From assembly GCA_963717435.1 (NCBI GenBank), contig OY970332.1:896001-960000 (forward strand): a DNA stretch of 64,000 bases. Direction: 5' to 3'. Below are positions 32,760 to 41,964 of the stretch, one piece after another. Each line of letters starts with the position of its first letter. The stretch's first letter is position 1. This DNA comes from an uncultured bacterium (GTDB lineage Bacteria; Babelota; Babeliae; Babelales; Babelaceae). The notes under the pieces were generated by a model that saw only the letters and a list, made by a program, of their open reading frames with translations, was not told the origin of the DNA and searched no databases. The translations under genes and the position numbers were made by a program.

Positions 32760-34199
32760 ATGAGTCGTATCGGTCATAATATTGCGTCGTTTTTAAGGTC
32801 TATTTTTAGTTTTTTCTTGGATGTCGAAAAAGAGGAAAGAATAAAGGTTATTTTGCTAACTGTGTCATTTTTCTTTGTAATAGGCGCTTACACTGTTGTA
32901 AAAGAGCTTAAAGATTCTATATTTGCTTCAGTAGTGGGTGAAGACTATCAGCCCAAAGCCAAAATGATAGTTATTTTTCTCTTAATTCCAGCCATATTCT
33001 TCTACTCAAAACTTGTTGACGTCTTAAAGCGCCATAATCTGCTATATTTCTACACTATACTATATAGCATTATAGGCTTTGTATTTGTTTATCTAATGGC
33101 CCATCCAACAATAGGCCTTGCAAATACTGTAGCTAGCCCGAACCGATATTTTGGTTGGCTCTTTTACTTTTTCATAGAAAGCTATTCGCCGTTTGTGGTT
33201 AGTGTATTCTGGGCATTTGCAAACTCCGTCACGAGCCCAACTTCTGTGAGGCAAAATTACTCTATAATGATATCCGGCTCAAAGCTGGGCGGTATGCTTA
33301 GCGCTATGTTTGCTTGGTGGATCCTGCGCTCAAAATGTGCTGACGGCTGCATGAGATTTTCAGACGTAACCAACCATCAGATTTTGCTTGGTTATTCGTC
33401 AGTGTTTTTATTGATAGTTCCCGCTTTGGTTTATCTGCTTATAAAGTATGTTCCCCAAAAGAATCTGCATGGGTATGAAGCTGGTCATGAAGCAGAAGTG
33501 GAACTGGATAAGCCCGAAAATAGAGAGTCCACTTTTAGGGGCATGATCTCTGGGTTTATGTTGCTGATAAAAAATCCATACGTGCTTGGTATTTTTAGTA
33601 TCGGCTTCTTTTATGAACTTATAAATCAGGTTTTTAGTTACGAGAGATTGGTAATTGGAAAAAAAATAACAACTAACGCTTCAGAATTTAGTGCCTATTT
33701 ATTTGAGCAAATATTCTGGGTTCATGCCATTGGCTTTGTAATAAGCTTATTTGGAACCAGAGCTATTATATCTTATTTCGGGGAACGCAAGTCGCTTTTG
33801 GTTGTGCCTATACTAATAGGTATTACTCTACTGTATTTTGTGTTTTACCCATCTGACGGCATACTTTATGTATTTGTTTTGAGCAGATCGCTAAATTATG
33901 CATTAACTCAGCCCCTAAGAGAGAGCTTGTATATCCCGACCATACGTGACGTCCAGTTTAAATCTAAATCTTGGATCGATGGATTTGGAACAAAATTTGC
34001 CAAAACCTGCGGCGCAACTTTCAATGATTTTGTAAAAAATCTGTCTTATAGCGCACATACTTTTGCCAATTCGATACTGTTCATGATGACAGCAATGCTT
34101 TGGATTCTGTCTTCTTACTGGTTAGGTTGGAGATTTGAAAAAGCTGTGAAAAATAACGAAGTTATTGGAAAAGAAGAGGTCCTAGGCGAAGATAATTAG
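32760..34199 (+). CDS. Nucleotide transporter, NTT/TLC (ATP/ADP translocase) family
   Basis: About 12 TM; KELKDS, VSVFWAFANSV, YALTQPLRESLYIP...FKSKSWID.FG.KFAK. Confidence 0.88.
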   Translation: MSRIGHNIASFLRSIFSFFLDVEKEERIKVILLTVSFFFVIGAYTVVKELKDSIFASVVGEDYQPKAKMIVIFLLIPAIFFYSKLVDVLKRHNLLYFYTILYSIIGFVFVYLMAHPTIGLANTVASPNRYFGWLFYFFIESYSPFVVSVFWAFANSVTSPTSVRQNYSIMISGSKLGGMLSAMFAWWILRSKCADGCMRFSDVTNHQILLGYSSVFLLIVPALVYLLIKYVPQKNLHGYEAGHEAEVELDKPENRESTFRGMISGFMLLIKNPYVLGIFSIGFFYELINQVFSYERLVIGKKITTNASEFSAYLFEQIFWVHAIGFVISLFGTRAIISYFGERKSLLVVPILIGITLLYFVFYPSDGILYVFVLSRSLNYALTQPLRESLYIPTIRDVQFKSKSWIDGFGTKFAKTCGATFNDFVKNLSYSAHTFANSILFMMTAMLWILSSYWLGWRFEKAVKNNEVIGKEEVLGEDN

Positions 34200-34260
34200 C
34201 TAAGATAATTGATTTTTGCGGTATTTTTGCTAGATTTTAAAGTATAAATTAACATTTCTT

Positions 34261-34335
34261 GTCATTTGTTTTTTCAAAAGGGTGGTTGCCGAATATAAAA
34301 CATATTTGGGCCGGAAAGACAAACAAATAACCCTT
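34261..34335 (+). promoter_or_regulatory. Putative rpsB (S2) autoregulatory leader structure
   Basis: TTTGTTTTT/AAAGACAAA outer stem, inner CCGAATAT/ATATTTGG hairpin and GGGT...ACCC complementarity directly upstream of rpsB. Confidence 0.4.
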
Positions 34336-34349
34336 ATAAAGGTACAATT

Positions 34350-35222
34350 ATGAACGATTTAAAAAAACTCGATTTAGAAAAATTTATAGACAATCATGTC
34401 CAGTTCGGGCACAAAAGCTCAAGCAGACATCCTGGGATGAACCAGTATATCTGGGGTCGCAGGAACGACATCTATCTTATAGATGTTTCCAAAACTGCAC
34501 ACCAACTTCAAAAAGCTGCTGAGTTTTTAAAAGCTACTGCTGCTTCAGGTAAGTCAATTTTGGTTGTTGGTACAAAAAAAGCTGCACAACCAGCTGTTGA
34601 AAAGATTGCAAAAGAGTTGGGAATTCCTCACGTTACACATAGATGGATCGGTGGAACATTAACCAATTACAGACAGATTAAAAAAGCTGTTTCAAACTAC
34701 TTGCACCAAGTTGATGTTCTTGCAAAATCTGACCAATATCCGTATACAAAAAAAGAATTTGGTAAGATTCAAAAGAACGTAGAACGTCTAGAGAAAAATA
34801 TCGGCGGTATAACAAAGCTTGTTTGGCCAGTTGGCGCAGTTATCATAATTGACGTCAAGAAAGAGCATGTTGCTGTTAAAGAAGCTAAATTTGTAGGCGT
34901 GCCTATCGTTGCTTTAGTTGATACAAACTGCGATCCATCAGGCATCGATTACGTAATTCCTGCAAATGACGACTCCCCTCGTTCAATTAATTTCTTAATG
35001 AACTATTTGAGTGGAAGTATTAAACAGGGTCTTGAAAATGCTCAAGCAAAACAACAGGAAGATATGTTGCCTGAAGAGATAACAGCAGAAGAAATATCAG
35101 TTGCTATACCAGAAAATGAAACTGAAGAAGAAGGCAAAAAGCGCATTGCGCGTCTTGCAGCTGCTAAGTCTATCAAAAAGGTTGCACCAAAGGGCGCAAA
35201 GTCTGTTAGAAAACTTGAGTAA
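34350..35222 (+). CDS. rpsB: 30S ribosomal protein S2
   Basis: HVQFGH, VVGTKK, RWIGGTLTN, VDTNCDP, IPANDD. Confidence 0.97.
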   Translation: MNDLKKLDLEKFIDNHVQFGHKSSSRHPGMNQYIWGRRNDIYLIDVSKTAHQLQKAAEFLKATAASGKSILVVGTKKAAQPAVEKIAKELGIPHVTHRWIGGTLTNYRQIKKAVSNYLHQVDVLAKSDQYPYTKKEFGKIQKNVERLEKNIGGITKLVWPVGAVIIIDVKKEHVAVKEAKFVGVPIVALVDTNCDPSGIDYVIPANDDSPRSINFLMNYLSGSIKQGLENAQAKQQEDMLPEEITAEEISVAIPENETEEEGKKRIARLAAAKSIKKVAPKGAKSVRKLE

Positions 35223-35237
35223 TTAGTAATTAATTTT

Positions 35238-35328
35238 GGAGAGGTGTCTGAGAGGCCGAAAGAGCGTGATTGGAAATCGCGTATACTCCAAAAGGGTATC
35301 GAGGGTTCGAATCCCTCTCTCTCCACCA
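35238..35328 (+). tRNA. tRNA-Ser(GGA)
   Basis: GGAGAGG acceptor, CGTGA-TTGGAAA-TCGCG anticodon arm, long variable arm, GGTTCGAATCC, encoded CCA. Confidence 0.96.
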
Positions 35329-35454
35329 TTCATTTCTGAAGGAAATGAATGGCAGGCCAGTTTTTTCAGCTGGGCTAGGTCCAAGCTAGACTAGTTAGAG
35401 ATTGTGAAATATAATTTAACTAACAGACCAATTTGTTAGAGTATTAAAAAATAT

Positions 35455-35541
35455 GGGGAAGCACATAAAAAATCGTTGCTTAATTTGTCAGGTCTGAAAA
35501 GAAGCAGCAAGGGTAACTAAGTTTTTGTATGAGCTTTCCCA
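35455..35541 (+). ncRNA. ffs: Signal recognition particle 4.5S RNA
   Basis: Domain IV motif TCAGGTCT-GAAA-AGAAGCAGC inside a long hairpin closed by GGGGAAGC/GCTTTCCC; tRNA-Ser/ffs/dnaX synteny. Confidence 0.9.
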
Positions 35542-35562
35542 TTTTAATTGAGCGGGTCCCAA

Positions 35563-37263
35563 ATGGATACAGGTTTAAATCTAGCTCGTAAATGGAGATC
35601 AAAAGACTTTTCGCAGATTGTTGGACAAGAACTTTCTGTTAGATTATTGCAAAACAGTCTTTATAAAAATCAATTTTTTCCTGTTTATCTTTTTTCCGGT
35701 CAGCGTGGGTGCGGTAAAACCACAACGGCTCGAGTTTTTTCTGCAGCTCTAAACTGCGAAAATCTAAATAACTTTCAAAAAGATCCACAAAACTATAAAC
35801 TCCCGTGCCTAGAGTGCTACTCTTGTAAGTGCATCAAAGCTGGTAATCACCCCGATTTTATAGAGATAGACGCAGCTTCAAATACTGGAGTTGATAACGT
35901 AAGACAGATTATAGATTCAGCTTCGTTCTTGCCAGTTCTTGGCAGAAAAAAAATATATTTAATAGATGAAGCCCATATGCTATCAAAAGCAGCGTTTAAC
36001 GCCTTGCTTAAAATCTTGGAAGAGCCGCCCGTTAACGTCATTTTTATTTTGGCAACAACTGATCCTCAAAAAATTATAGATACTGTCAGATCACGTTGCT
36101 TCCAGCTCTTTTTTGCTCCAGTAAATTTTGATCAGGTAGCTGCGCATCTTGCTGATATTTGCAAACAAGAAAATATTAAATTTGAAAGTTCAGCTCTTCT
36201 TTTAATCGCTCGTGAAACAGAAGGGTCGCTGCGCGACGCCATAAATTTATTAGAACGTGTCAGGCTTGCAACAGATATTGTCGACGAGAAAACTGTTTGT
36301 AGTATTCTGGGGCATCTTGAAGAAACTAAAATATTAGAACTTCTTGATTTAGTTTTAAACAAAAGCTTGCCCGATATAATAACTTTTTTAGATAGATTAG
36401 ACTTGCAGCGTTACTCTTTAATGCCGCTATGGAAAAAATTTGTTGACCTGCTGCGTGCATCTATATGGCTCAAGAATAATATAGTCTTGGAATCCCATGC
36501 ACATATTAAAGAAAATTTAGATAAAGTTCTTTCTGGGGTTAGCATACAAAAGCTTGTACTATTACTTGAGATTAGCTACGACTACGAACAAGCTTTTTCA
36601 AAGACATCGACTCCCCAAGTTATGCTGCAAATGATGCTGTTAAAGATGTCGGGCTGTGACGCGCAGTTAAGTAACATCCCCACAAATACAGTAGTTAAAA
36701 ATTCAGGCGCACAACAAAACTATTCGGGCGCAGCTAAGCAGGTAAATTCTAGCTCAGCCACGCCGACGGCAATCCCGACGGCAGTCTTGCCGGTTGGCTG
36801 GGATAAAGTTGTCCAGAATTTAAATCAGCTAAATGACCCACTTGTTGCATCTATATTCAAGCAGGGTAAACTATTATCATACGATAAAGAGTCGGGTAAT
36901 TTGCAGGTTAGTTTTCCAGGTGAGTTAAATTTCTTCTCTGAACAATTAGATTCCTCAAAAAAAATATGGCAGCCATTTTTAGCTACTATTTTTGACGATA
37001 ATATAAAATTTAGCCCAGTATTTGATAAACAGCAGGAAAAAAAAAGCCCAGCCAATACAATAAATAATAGTGGGGCCGCTGGCGCAACTATTAGCGCAAA
37101 TAATTTAACTGGCACAGAAAATAAGCCCGTAATTTCAGCTAATTCAGGCGCAACGCAGAAAAAACAACTAAGTAATTTAATAGACGTAATTGATAAACAA
37201 AAATGGCAAAAAACACATAATATATTAAGTGTTTTTCCGGGCAAGATAACACAGATTAATTAG
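35563..37263 (+). CDS. dnaX: DNA polymerase III subunit gamma/tau
   Basis: LARKWR, GQRGCGKTT, EIDAASNTGVD, IDEAHML, LEEPP, SRC, GSLRDA. Confidence 0.96.
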   Translation: MDTGLNLARKWRSKDFSQIVGQELSVRLLQNSLYKNQFFPVYLFSGQRGCGKTTTARVFSAALNCENLNNFQKDPQNYKLPCLECYSCKCIKAGNHPDFIEIDAASNTGVDNVRQIIDSASFLPVLGRKKIYLIDEAHMLSKAAFNALLKILEEPPVNVIFILATTDPQKIIDTVRSRCFQLFFAPVNFDQVAAHLADICKQENIKFESSALLLIARETEGSLRDAINLLERVRLATDIVDEKTVCSILGHLEETKILELLDLVLNKSLPDIITFLDRLDLQRYSLMPLWKKFVDLLRASIWLKNNIVLESHAHIKENLDKVLSGVSIQKLVLLLEISYDYEQAFSKTSTPQVMLQMMLLKMSGCDAQLSNIPTNTVVKNSGAQQNYSGAAKQVNSSSATPTAIPTAVLPVGWDKVVQNLNQLNDPLVASIFKQGKLLSYDKESGNLQVSFPGELNFFSEQLDSSKKIWQPFLATIFDDNIKFSPVFDKQQEKKSPANTINNSGAAGATISANNLTGTENKPVISANSGATQKKQLSNLIDVIDKQKWQKTHNILSVFPGKITQIN

Positions 37264-37312
37264 AAATAATTTTAATAAATATAAATAACTATAAGTAATA
37301 ATAAATAATAAC

Positions 37313-38695
37313 ATGAGCAAATTAAGCAAAGTGGCCCTTGTAGGCCGCATGAATGTCGGAAAATCAACACTATTCAATAAGCTGTCAACGTCTGTCAGAA
37401 GCATGGCGCTAGATTACGAAGGCGTTACGCGCGACTATCTAAAAGATCAAGTTGAATGGGCTGGGGTTTTCTTTCAACTATATGATACTGGCGGGATAGA
37501 AAATTTTAAAAAATCTGATGATATTATCCAGCAAAAAGTGCAACAAAAAGTTATAGCGTTACTAAAAGAAGTTGACGTTATAATCTTTATGGTTGACGGT
37601 ACTGTTGGCCTTGTGCCGCACGATCGTTGGATCGCTCAAGAGCTGCACAAGCTTTCTAAGCCCGTGATTTTGGTTGTTAATAAAATAGATAATAAAGCTA
37701 CAGCAGAAAATTTTCACGAATTTTATGCACTAGGTTTTAAAAATATTATAGGCATCTCTGCAGAGCATAGAACGGGCACCAACGAACTTCTTGATAAAGT
37801 TGTTGAGCTACTTCCAAAAAAATCTCAAGATATAACAATAGAAAAACCTGGCTGCAAAGTTGTCTTTCTTGGCAAGCCAAACGTCGGCAAATCTTCACTT
37901 CTTAATGCAATATTAAACCAGGAACGTGCGATCGTTTCAGAACAAGCTGGAACAACACGCGAAGCGCTTTCTGAGACAATTAAGTTTTACCAAGAAGATA
38001 TCCAAATTACTGACACTCCTGGGATAAGACGCAAAAGATCTGTTGGTGGCGAACTTGAGCCTCTGATGGTAAAAAGCTCTTTTTCTGCGCTAAAAGATTC
38101 AGATATAGTTGTTTTACTTATGGACGGTTCTGAGGGCGAGATTGTTGACCAAGAATTAAAGTTGGCATTTTATGCGTTTACTGAGCAGTATAAAGCTCTA
38201 ATTTTGCTTGTTAACAAAGAAGATTTGATGACAGATAAAAACAGAGCTGATTTAGAATTTAGTTTAGATTATTACAAGCACTTGATTCACAAAAAAGTGC
38301 CATTAATGAACATATCTTGCAAAACTGGCAAAAATATTGGAAAAATATTGCCGTTAATTACTGAAGTTTATAAGCGTTATTCTTACCAGTTTAATAGTGA
38401 AGAATTAAGAATGCTCTTTGCAACTGAATTGCAAAAAAAGCATTTGATTAGAGCTAAGCAGCGCCTAAAAGTTTATGAAGTTGAGCAAGTGCGTACCGCG
38501 CCGATTACAATTGCGATAAAAGTTAACTTGCCTGTATTCTTTGAAGAGTCACAGCTTGCGTTTCTTGAGAATATCATGCGTTCAAATTACGATTTAGTTG
38601 GCGTGCCAATTAAGTTTTTAATTAGATCTACTAAAGACAAGCTTAATAAATCTTCTGCTTCTGACAATTCTGAATCAGAAAATCAAGAAGAATAA
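37313..38695 (+). CDS. der: Ribosome biogenesis GTPase Der (EngA)
   Basis: Two G domains (GRMNVGKS/DTGG/NKID and GKPNVGKS/DTPG/NKED) and a KH-like tail. Confidence 0.96.
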   Translation: MSKLSKVALVGRMNVGKSTLFNKLSTSVRSMALDYEGVTRDYLKDQVEWAGVFFQLYDTGGIENFKKSDDIIQQKVQQKVIALLKEVDVIIFMVDGTVGLVPHDRWIAQELHKLSKPVILVVNKIDNKATAENFHEFYALGFKNIIGISAEHRTGTNELLDKVVELLPKKSQDITIEKPGCKVVFLGKPNVGKSSLLNAILNQERAIVSEQAGTTREALSETIKFYQEDIQITDTPGIRRKRSVGGELEPLMVKSSFSALKDSDIVVLLMDGSEGEIVDQELKLAFYAFTEQYKALILLVNKEDLMTDKNRADLEFSLDYYKHLIHKKVPLMNISCKTGKNIGKILPLITEVYKRYSYQFNSEELRMLFATELQKKHLIRAKQRLKVYEVEQVRTAPITIAIKVNLPVFFEESQLAFLENIMRSNYDLVGVPIKFLIRSTKDKLNKSSASDNSESENQEE

Positions 38696-38738
38696 TTTTT
38701 AAATTATAAGTTTTACAAATTTACATAAAATTTTTTAA

Positions 38739-38794
38739 CCCGCTCGTCCCGAGTGTTCTACGAAGCCTTAGGCGAAGTAGAATGTATCGAGGGA
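38739..38794 (+). repeat. REP-like palindromic element, locus 3
   Basis: CCCGCTCGTCCCGAGTG-ttctaCGAAGccttaggCGAAGtagaa-TGTATCGAGGGA. Confidence 0.9.
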
Positions 38795-38899
38795 TAGCCG
38801 GGTTTTTTCTTGAGTTTTTATATATCACTTGCACGATCAGATCGCTTTTGTGTAAACTTTAAACGTTAGTATTGAAACAATATTATAGGAGTTAAAGTT

Positions 38900-39217
38900 A
38901 TGCACAAAAGAATATCTTTCAGACGTATGGATCCTGAAGCTATAATGGAAAAGTACGTAGATCAACAATTAGATAAAGTTGTTAAGTTTTTAAGCAACGA
39001 GAAATCCCCGGTATATATAGATGTAGTTTTAGAGAATGGAAAAATTCACGCACATAATAGAGTCGAGATTCGCGTAAAATCGCCAAATTACGATCTTGTG
39101 TCACATTATGAAGGACCCAAGATGTATGACGTTATAGACGAAGCTATCGATCGCATGTATTTAGAATTAAGAAGACATAAAGAAAAGCTTGTTGATAAGC
39201 GCAAAGCAGCAGCGTAA
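38900..39217 (+). CDS. hpf: Ribosome hibernation factor (short HPF/RaiA)
   Basis: ISFRRMD...KYV...LDKV, MYDVIDEAIDRM..ELRRHKEK. Confidence 0.85.
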   Translation: MHKRISFRRMDPEAIMEKYVDQQLDKVVKFLSNEKSPVYIDVVLENGKIHAHNRVEIRVKSPNYDLVSHYEGPKMYDVIDEAIDRMYLELRRHKEKLVDKRKAAA

Positions 39218-39226
39218 AATTTAAAG

Positions 39227-39246
39227 GGCCGGGAGAATTCCCGGCC
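39227..39246. terminator. Hairpin between convergent hpf and ABC ATPase
   Basis: GGCCGGGA-gaat-TCCCGGCC. Confidence 0.65.
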
Positions 39247-39284
39247 AAATTATTAATTATTAATAATTTTGATATTATTTTTTG

Positions 39285-39983
39285 TCATGAGATCCAATTT
39301 CTTATTTGAGGACACTGGTTTAGTTGTTCGGGCTTTTCACAAAATTCAATAATTTTACCGGATTCAACATAATAAATTCGATCAAAAAGTTTGCGTACAA
39401 AATTCATATCTTGGCTAGAAAGACCTACGGTTAACCCATCAATTGATAACTTTTTTAAAATATTTATCAAAATATCTGTATTAGCTGGATCAAGCGATGC
39501 CGTGGGTTCATCAAGCAAAATAACACGTGGATTTAAACAAAGTGCTCTTGCAATAGCAACTCGTTGTTGCTGTCCCCCAGAAAGTTGAAAGGGATATTTT
39601 TGAATATAATTATTCATTTCAAGGTCTTGCAATGAATTAAGCGCTATTTCTTCCGCTTGGGCATAAGATTTTCCAAGAACAAGCAGCGGATCGATGCAAT
39701 TTTCAAGTACAGTTAGCTGCGGAAATAGATTGTAATCCTGAAAAACATATCCTATTTCTTCAGATCTTTGTCTTGCACTTAGCTTATTAAGTTGTTTGTT
39801 GTTAATTATGACATCGCCACTTTTTATTGGCTCTAGTCCTATCAATGATTTCAACAATGTCGTTTTTCCTGCGCCACTTTTACCAATAAAACCTGTGATT
39901 CTACCTTTTGTTAAAGAGCAAGAGACATTATCTAATAATTTCTGATTCTTTATTGATATGGTGAGATTATTAACGATAACCAT
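39285..39983 (-). CDS. Polar amino-acid ABC transporter ATP-binding protein
   Basis: GKSGAGKTT, LSGGQQQRVAIARAL, LLDEPT. Confidence 0.92.
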   Translation of the reverse strand: MVIVNNLTISIKNQKLLDNVSCSLTKGRITGFIGKSGAGKTTLLKSLIGLEPIKSGDVIINNKQLNKLSARQRSEEIGYVFQDYNLFPQLTVLENCIDPLLVLGKSYAQAEEIALNSLQDLEMNNYIQKYPFQLSGGQQQRVAIARALCLNPRVILLDEPTASLDPANTDILINILKKLSIDGLTVGLSSQDMNFVRKLFDRIYYVESGKIIEFCEKPEQLNQCPQIRNWIS

Positions 39984-40626
39984 ATGGGCCCCTTCTGTTA
40001 AGGTAGAGAACCAAAATATTTAATAATCCAGAAAATAATAGATAAATCATAGCCACCGAAAGGTATACCGGTAATGGATTTAGTTCGCGTGATATTATAT
40101 TCATGCCAACACGTGTTAATTCAGTAACACCAATTGTTGCAAGCAAAGATGTGCTTTTAAGCAATTGTTCAAGTTCTCCTATTAACGCAGGCAACGCTAC
40201 TCTTATAGCTTGTGGTAATATAATTCGTCTTATAGAAACTGGGATTGAATACCCTAATGCAAAACATGCGGCCCATTGACCTTTGGGAATTGCATTAATT
40301 TGAGAACGAATAATTTCAGTCACGTAACCGCTTGAACATAACGACAATGCAAATGATGCTGCCAGAAATCCGGGAATGTTGATGCCTAACAATTGTGGTA
40401 TGATAAAATACGCTATAAGAATTTGTACATAGGCTGGAATACCTTTAGTAATAAAAGTATATGCCCTTACAATAAATATACCTATATCCGAACCGACCTC
40501 CTGAGAGCTTATAATTCCGAGAAATGTTCCGAGTACTAAACTTATTATTCCGGCAAAAAGCCATGCTCCTAATGTTACAAAACTACCCTTTATAAATAAC
40601 GGAATGTATGTGATTAAGTTAATCAT
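39970..40626 (-). CDS. Polar amino-acid ABC transporter permease (HisM/GlnP-like)
   Basis: KGIPAYVQI, SGYVTEIIRS.INAIPKGQ..A..ALG, ILPQA, LKSTSL. Confidence 0.92.
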   Translation of the reverse strand: MINLITYIPLFIKGSFVTLGAWLFAGIISLVLGTFLGIISSQEVGSDIGIFIVRAYTFITKGIPAYVQILIAYFIIPQLLGINIPGFLAASFALSLCSSGYVTEIIRSQINAIPKGQWAACFALGYSIPVSIRRIILPQAIRVALPALIGELEQLLKSTSLLATIGVTELTRVGMNIISRELNPLPVYLSVAMIYLLFSGLLNILVLYLNRRGPYGYR

Positions 40627-41402
40627 TCTATACCCCATTTTTTTTCATACAGTTTAATGGCGCCGTTATCTTTTAATTGATTAATAGAACTTTGCACTTG
40701 CGTAATCAAAGTTGTATTAATTTGTTTAATGGCAACACCAACACCTTGTACTTGATCTTCTTCATTCAAAGGTACATCTAAGATTTTAATCTCCGAGTAT
40801 TTTGCCTTAAACTTTTTAGCAATTGCTGGATCAATAAGTGCTGCTGTAGCTTTACCATATTGAATATTAAATAGCGCATCATCAACTTTTTCAGTTGGCA
40901 TTATAATAACGTCTTTATATTTACCTAAAACAATACTTTGAGATGAAGTTGGTTCAACACAAACAACCATTCCTTTCATATCAGAAAGAGATTTGATTTT
41001 CTTAGGGATCTCTTTCCAAAAAATAAGAGGGTGTGAAGTTTCTGTTTCACCCTGATAGTGTAGCATTGCGAATTTTTTCAAACGATCTTTAGTTATGGAC
41101 ATACCCCAAATTATTGCATCAATAGAACCTTGTTCAAGTGCAATTATTAACGATGTCATTGAGCCAAGATCCTTGAGTACAAGTTTTTTATTCATATTGC
41201 ATGCAAGCGCATTAGCAAAATCAATATCAAAACCTTCATATTCGCCTTTTTCATTAATGCTAATAAAGGGAGCATATCCTGCTGTCATACCAACAATAAA
41301 TGTATTAGCGGCGCTTTCTGTTTTTGTATTTTTGAAAACTATATATCCACCCCAAAAACCACCGAACAATAGCATAAGAATTAGAATAATTTTAAATTGC
41401 AT
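40623..41402 (-). CDS. Polar amino-acid ABC transporter substrate-binding protein (family 3)
   Basis: VGMTAGYAPF, GFDID, GMSITKDR, C-terminal KKWG. Confidence 0.9.
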   Translation of the reverse strand: MQFKIILILMLLFGGFWGGYIVFKNTKTESAANTFIVGMTAGYAPFISINEKGEYEGFDIDFANALACNMNKKLVLKDLGSMTSLIIALEQGSIDAIIWGMSITKDRLKKFAMLHYQGETETSHPLIFWKEIPKKIKSLSDMKGMVVCVEPTSSQSIVLGKYKDVIIMPTEKVDDALFNIQYGKATAALIDPAIAKKFKAKYSEIKILDVPLNEEDQVQGVGVAIKQINTTLITQVQSSINQLKDNGAIKLYEKKWGIE

Positions 41403-41455
41403 TAAAAACCTCTTTTGGTTTAATATTACCTATATAAACTTTTATTAATTAAATG

Positions 41456-41758
41456 TTATATTTTTTTAATTTTATTAAGAATTGTGGCATAGCCTTGATG
41501 GGATTCGTTTCTTAAAAAGCGTGCAATTCTGGTAATTGTGGCAAGACTGGCACCAGTTTGTTGATGAATTTCGCGATAAGATAATGTATTTTGATCTAAT
41601 AATTTACACACTCGCCAGCGTTCGGCCAATGCTGAAATTTCTTGAGGAGTGCATAAATCTCTCATGAATCGCGCTGCCTGATCTCTATTTTCTAAAAGAA
41701 GTAATGCCTCAAAAAGTTCTTCTGCCGCGCTTATTTTGGATTTATTATCATTTTCCAT
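41456..41758 (-). CDS. TrpR-like (YerC/YecD) transcriptional repressor
   Basis: LFEALL.L, F.RDLCTPQEI.ALAERW.V, SYREI...TGASLATITRIAR.L. Confidence 0.92.
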   Translation of the reverse strand: MENDNKSKISAAEELFEALLLLENRDQAARFMRDLCTPQEISALAERWRVCKLLDQNTLSYREIHQQTGASLATITRIARFLRNESHQGYATILNKIKKI

Positions 41759-41783
41759 AAATTTCCCTTTATAAATCTATTAC

Positions 41784-41821
41784 TGTTCTACCATGATAGC
41801 ACACAAGAACGGCGCCGTCAA
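41784..41821 (-). promoter_or_regulatory. Sigma70 promoter (TTGACG-N17-TATCAT, extended -10) overlapped by a 20-bp palindromic operator
   Basis: -35 at 41821-41816 and -10 at 41798-41793; TGTTCTACCATGATAGCACA (41784-41803) is 16/20 self-complementary. Confidence 0.75.
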
Positions 41822-41909
41822 TAGCGCTAAAATTTAAGTTTTATGGGGTTCATATAGGATATTCTCATCCAAATCAGCAGCGTAAAATTAAAACATAAAA
41901 ATATAAAAA

Positions 41910-41940
41910 CGGGAACTTGTGTAAACTACGCAAGTTCCCG
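41910..41940 (-). terminator. Intrinsic terminator of dsbD
   Basis: CGGGAACTTG...CAAGTTCCCG, followed by a T-run on the minus strand. Confidence 0.7.
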
Positions 41941-41964
41941 CAATAATTTAAAAACTATCTAAGT

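Noticed and set aside
35042-35329. 95-aa minus-strand ORF MVEREGFEPS...
   Set aside because: Antisense shadow of tRNA-Ser and rpsB.
37037-37045. Programmed slippage at the A9 run in dnaX to make gamma
   Set aside because: The run lies after the C-terminal tau-like domain rather than in the domain III-IV linker, and A-runs are common in this AT-rich DNA.
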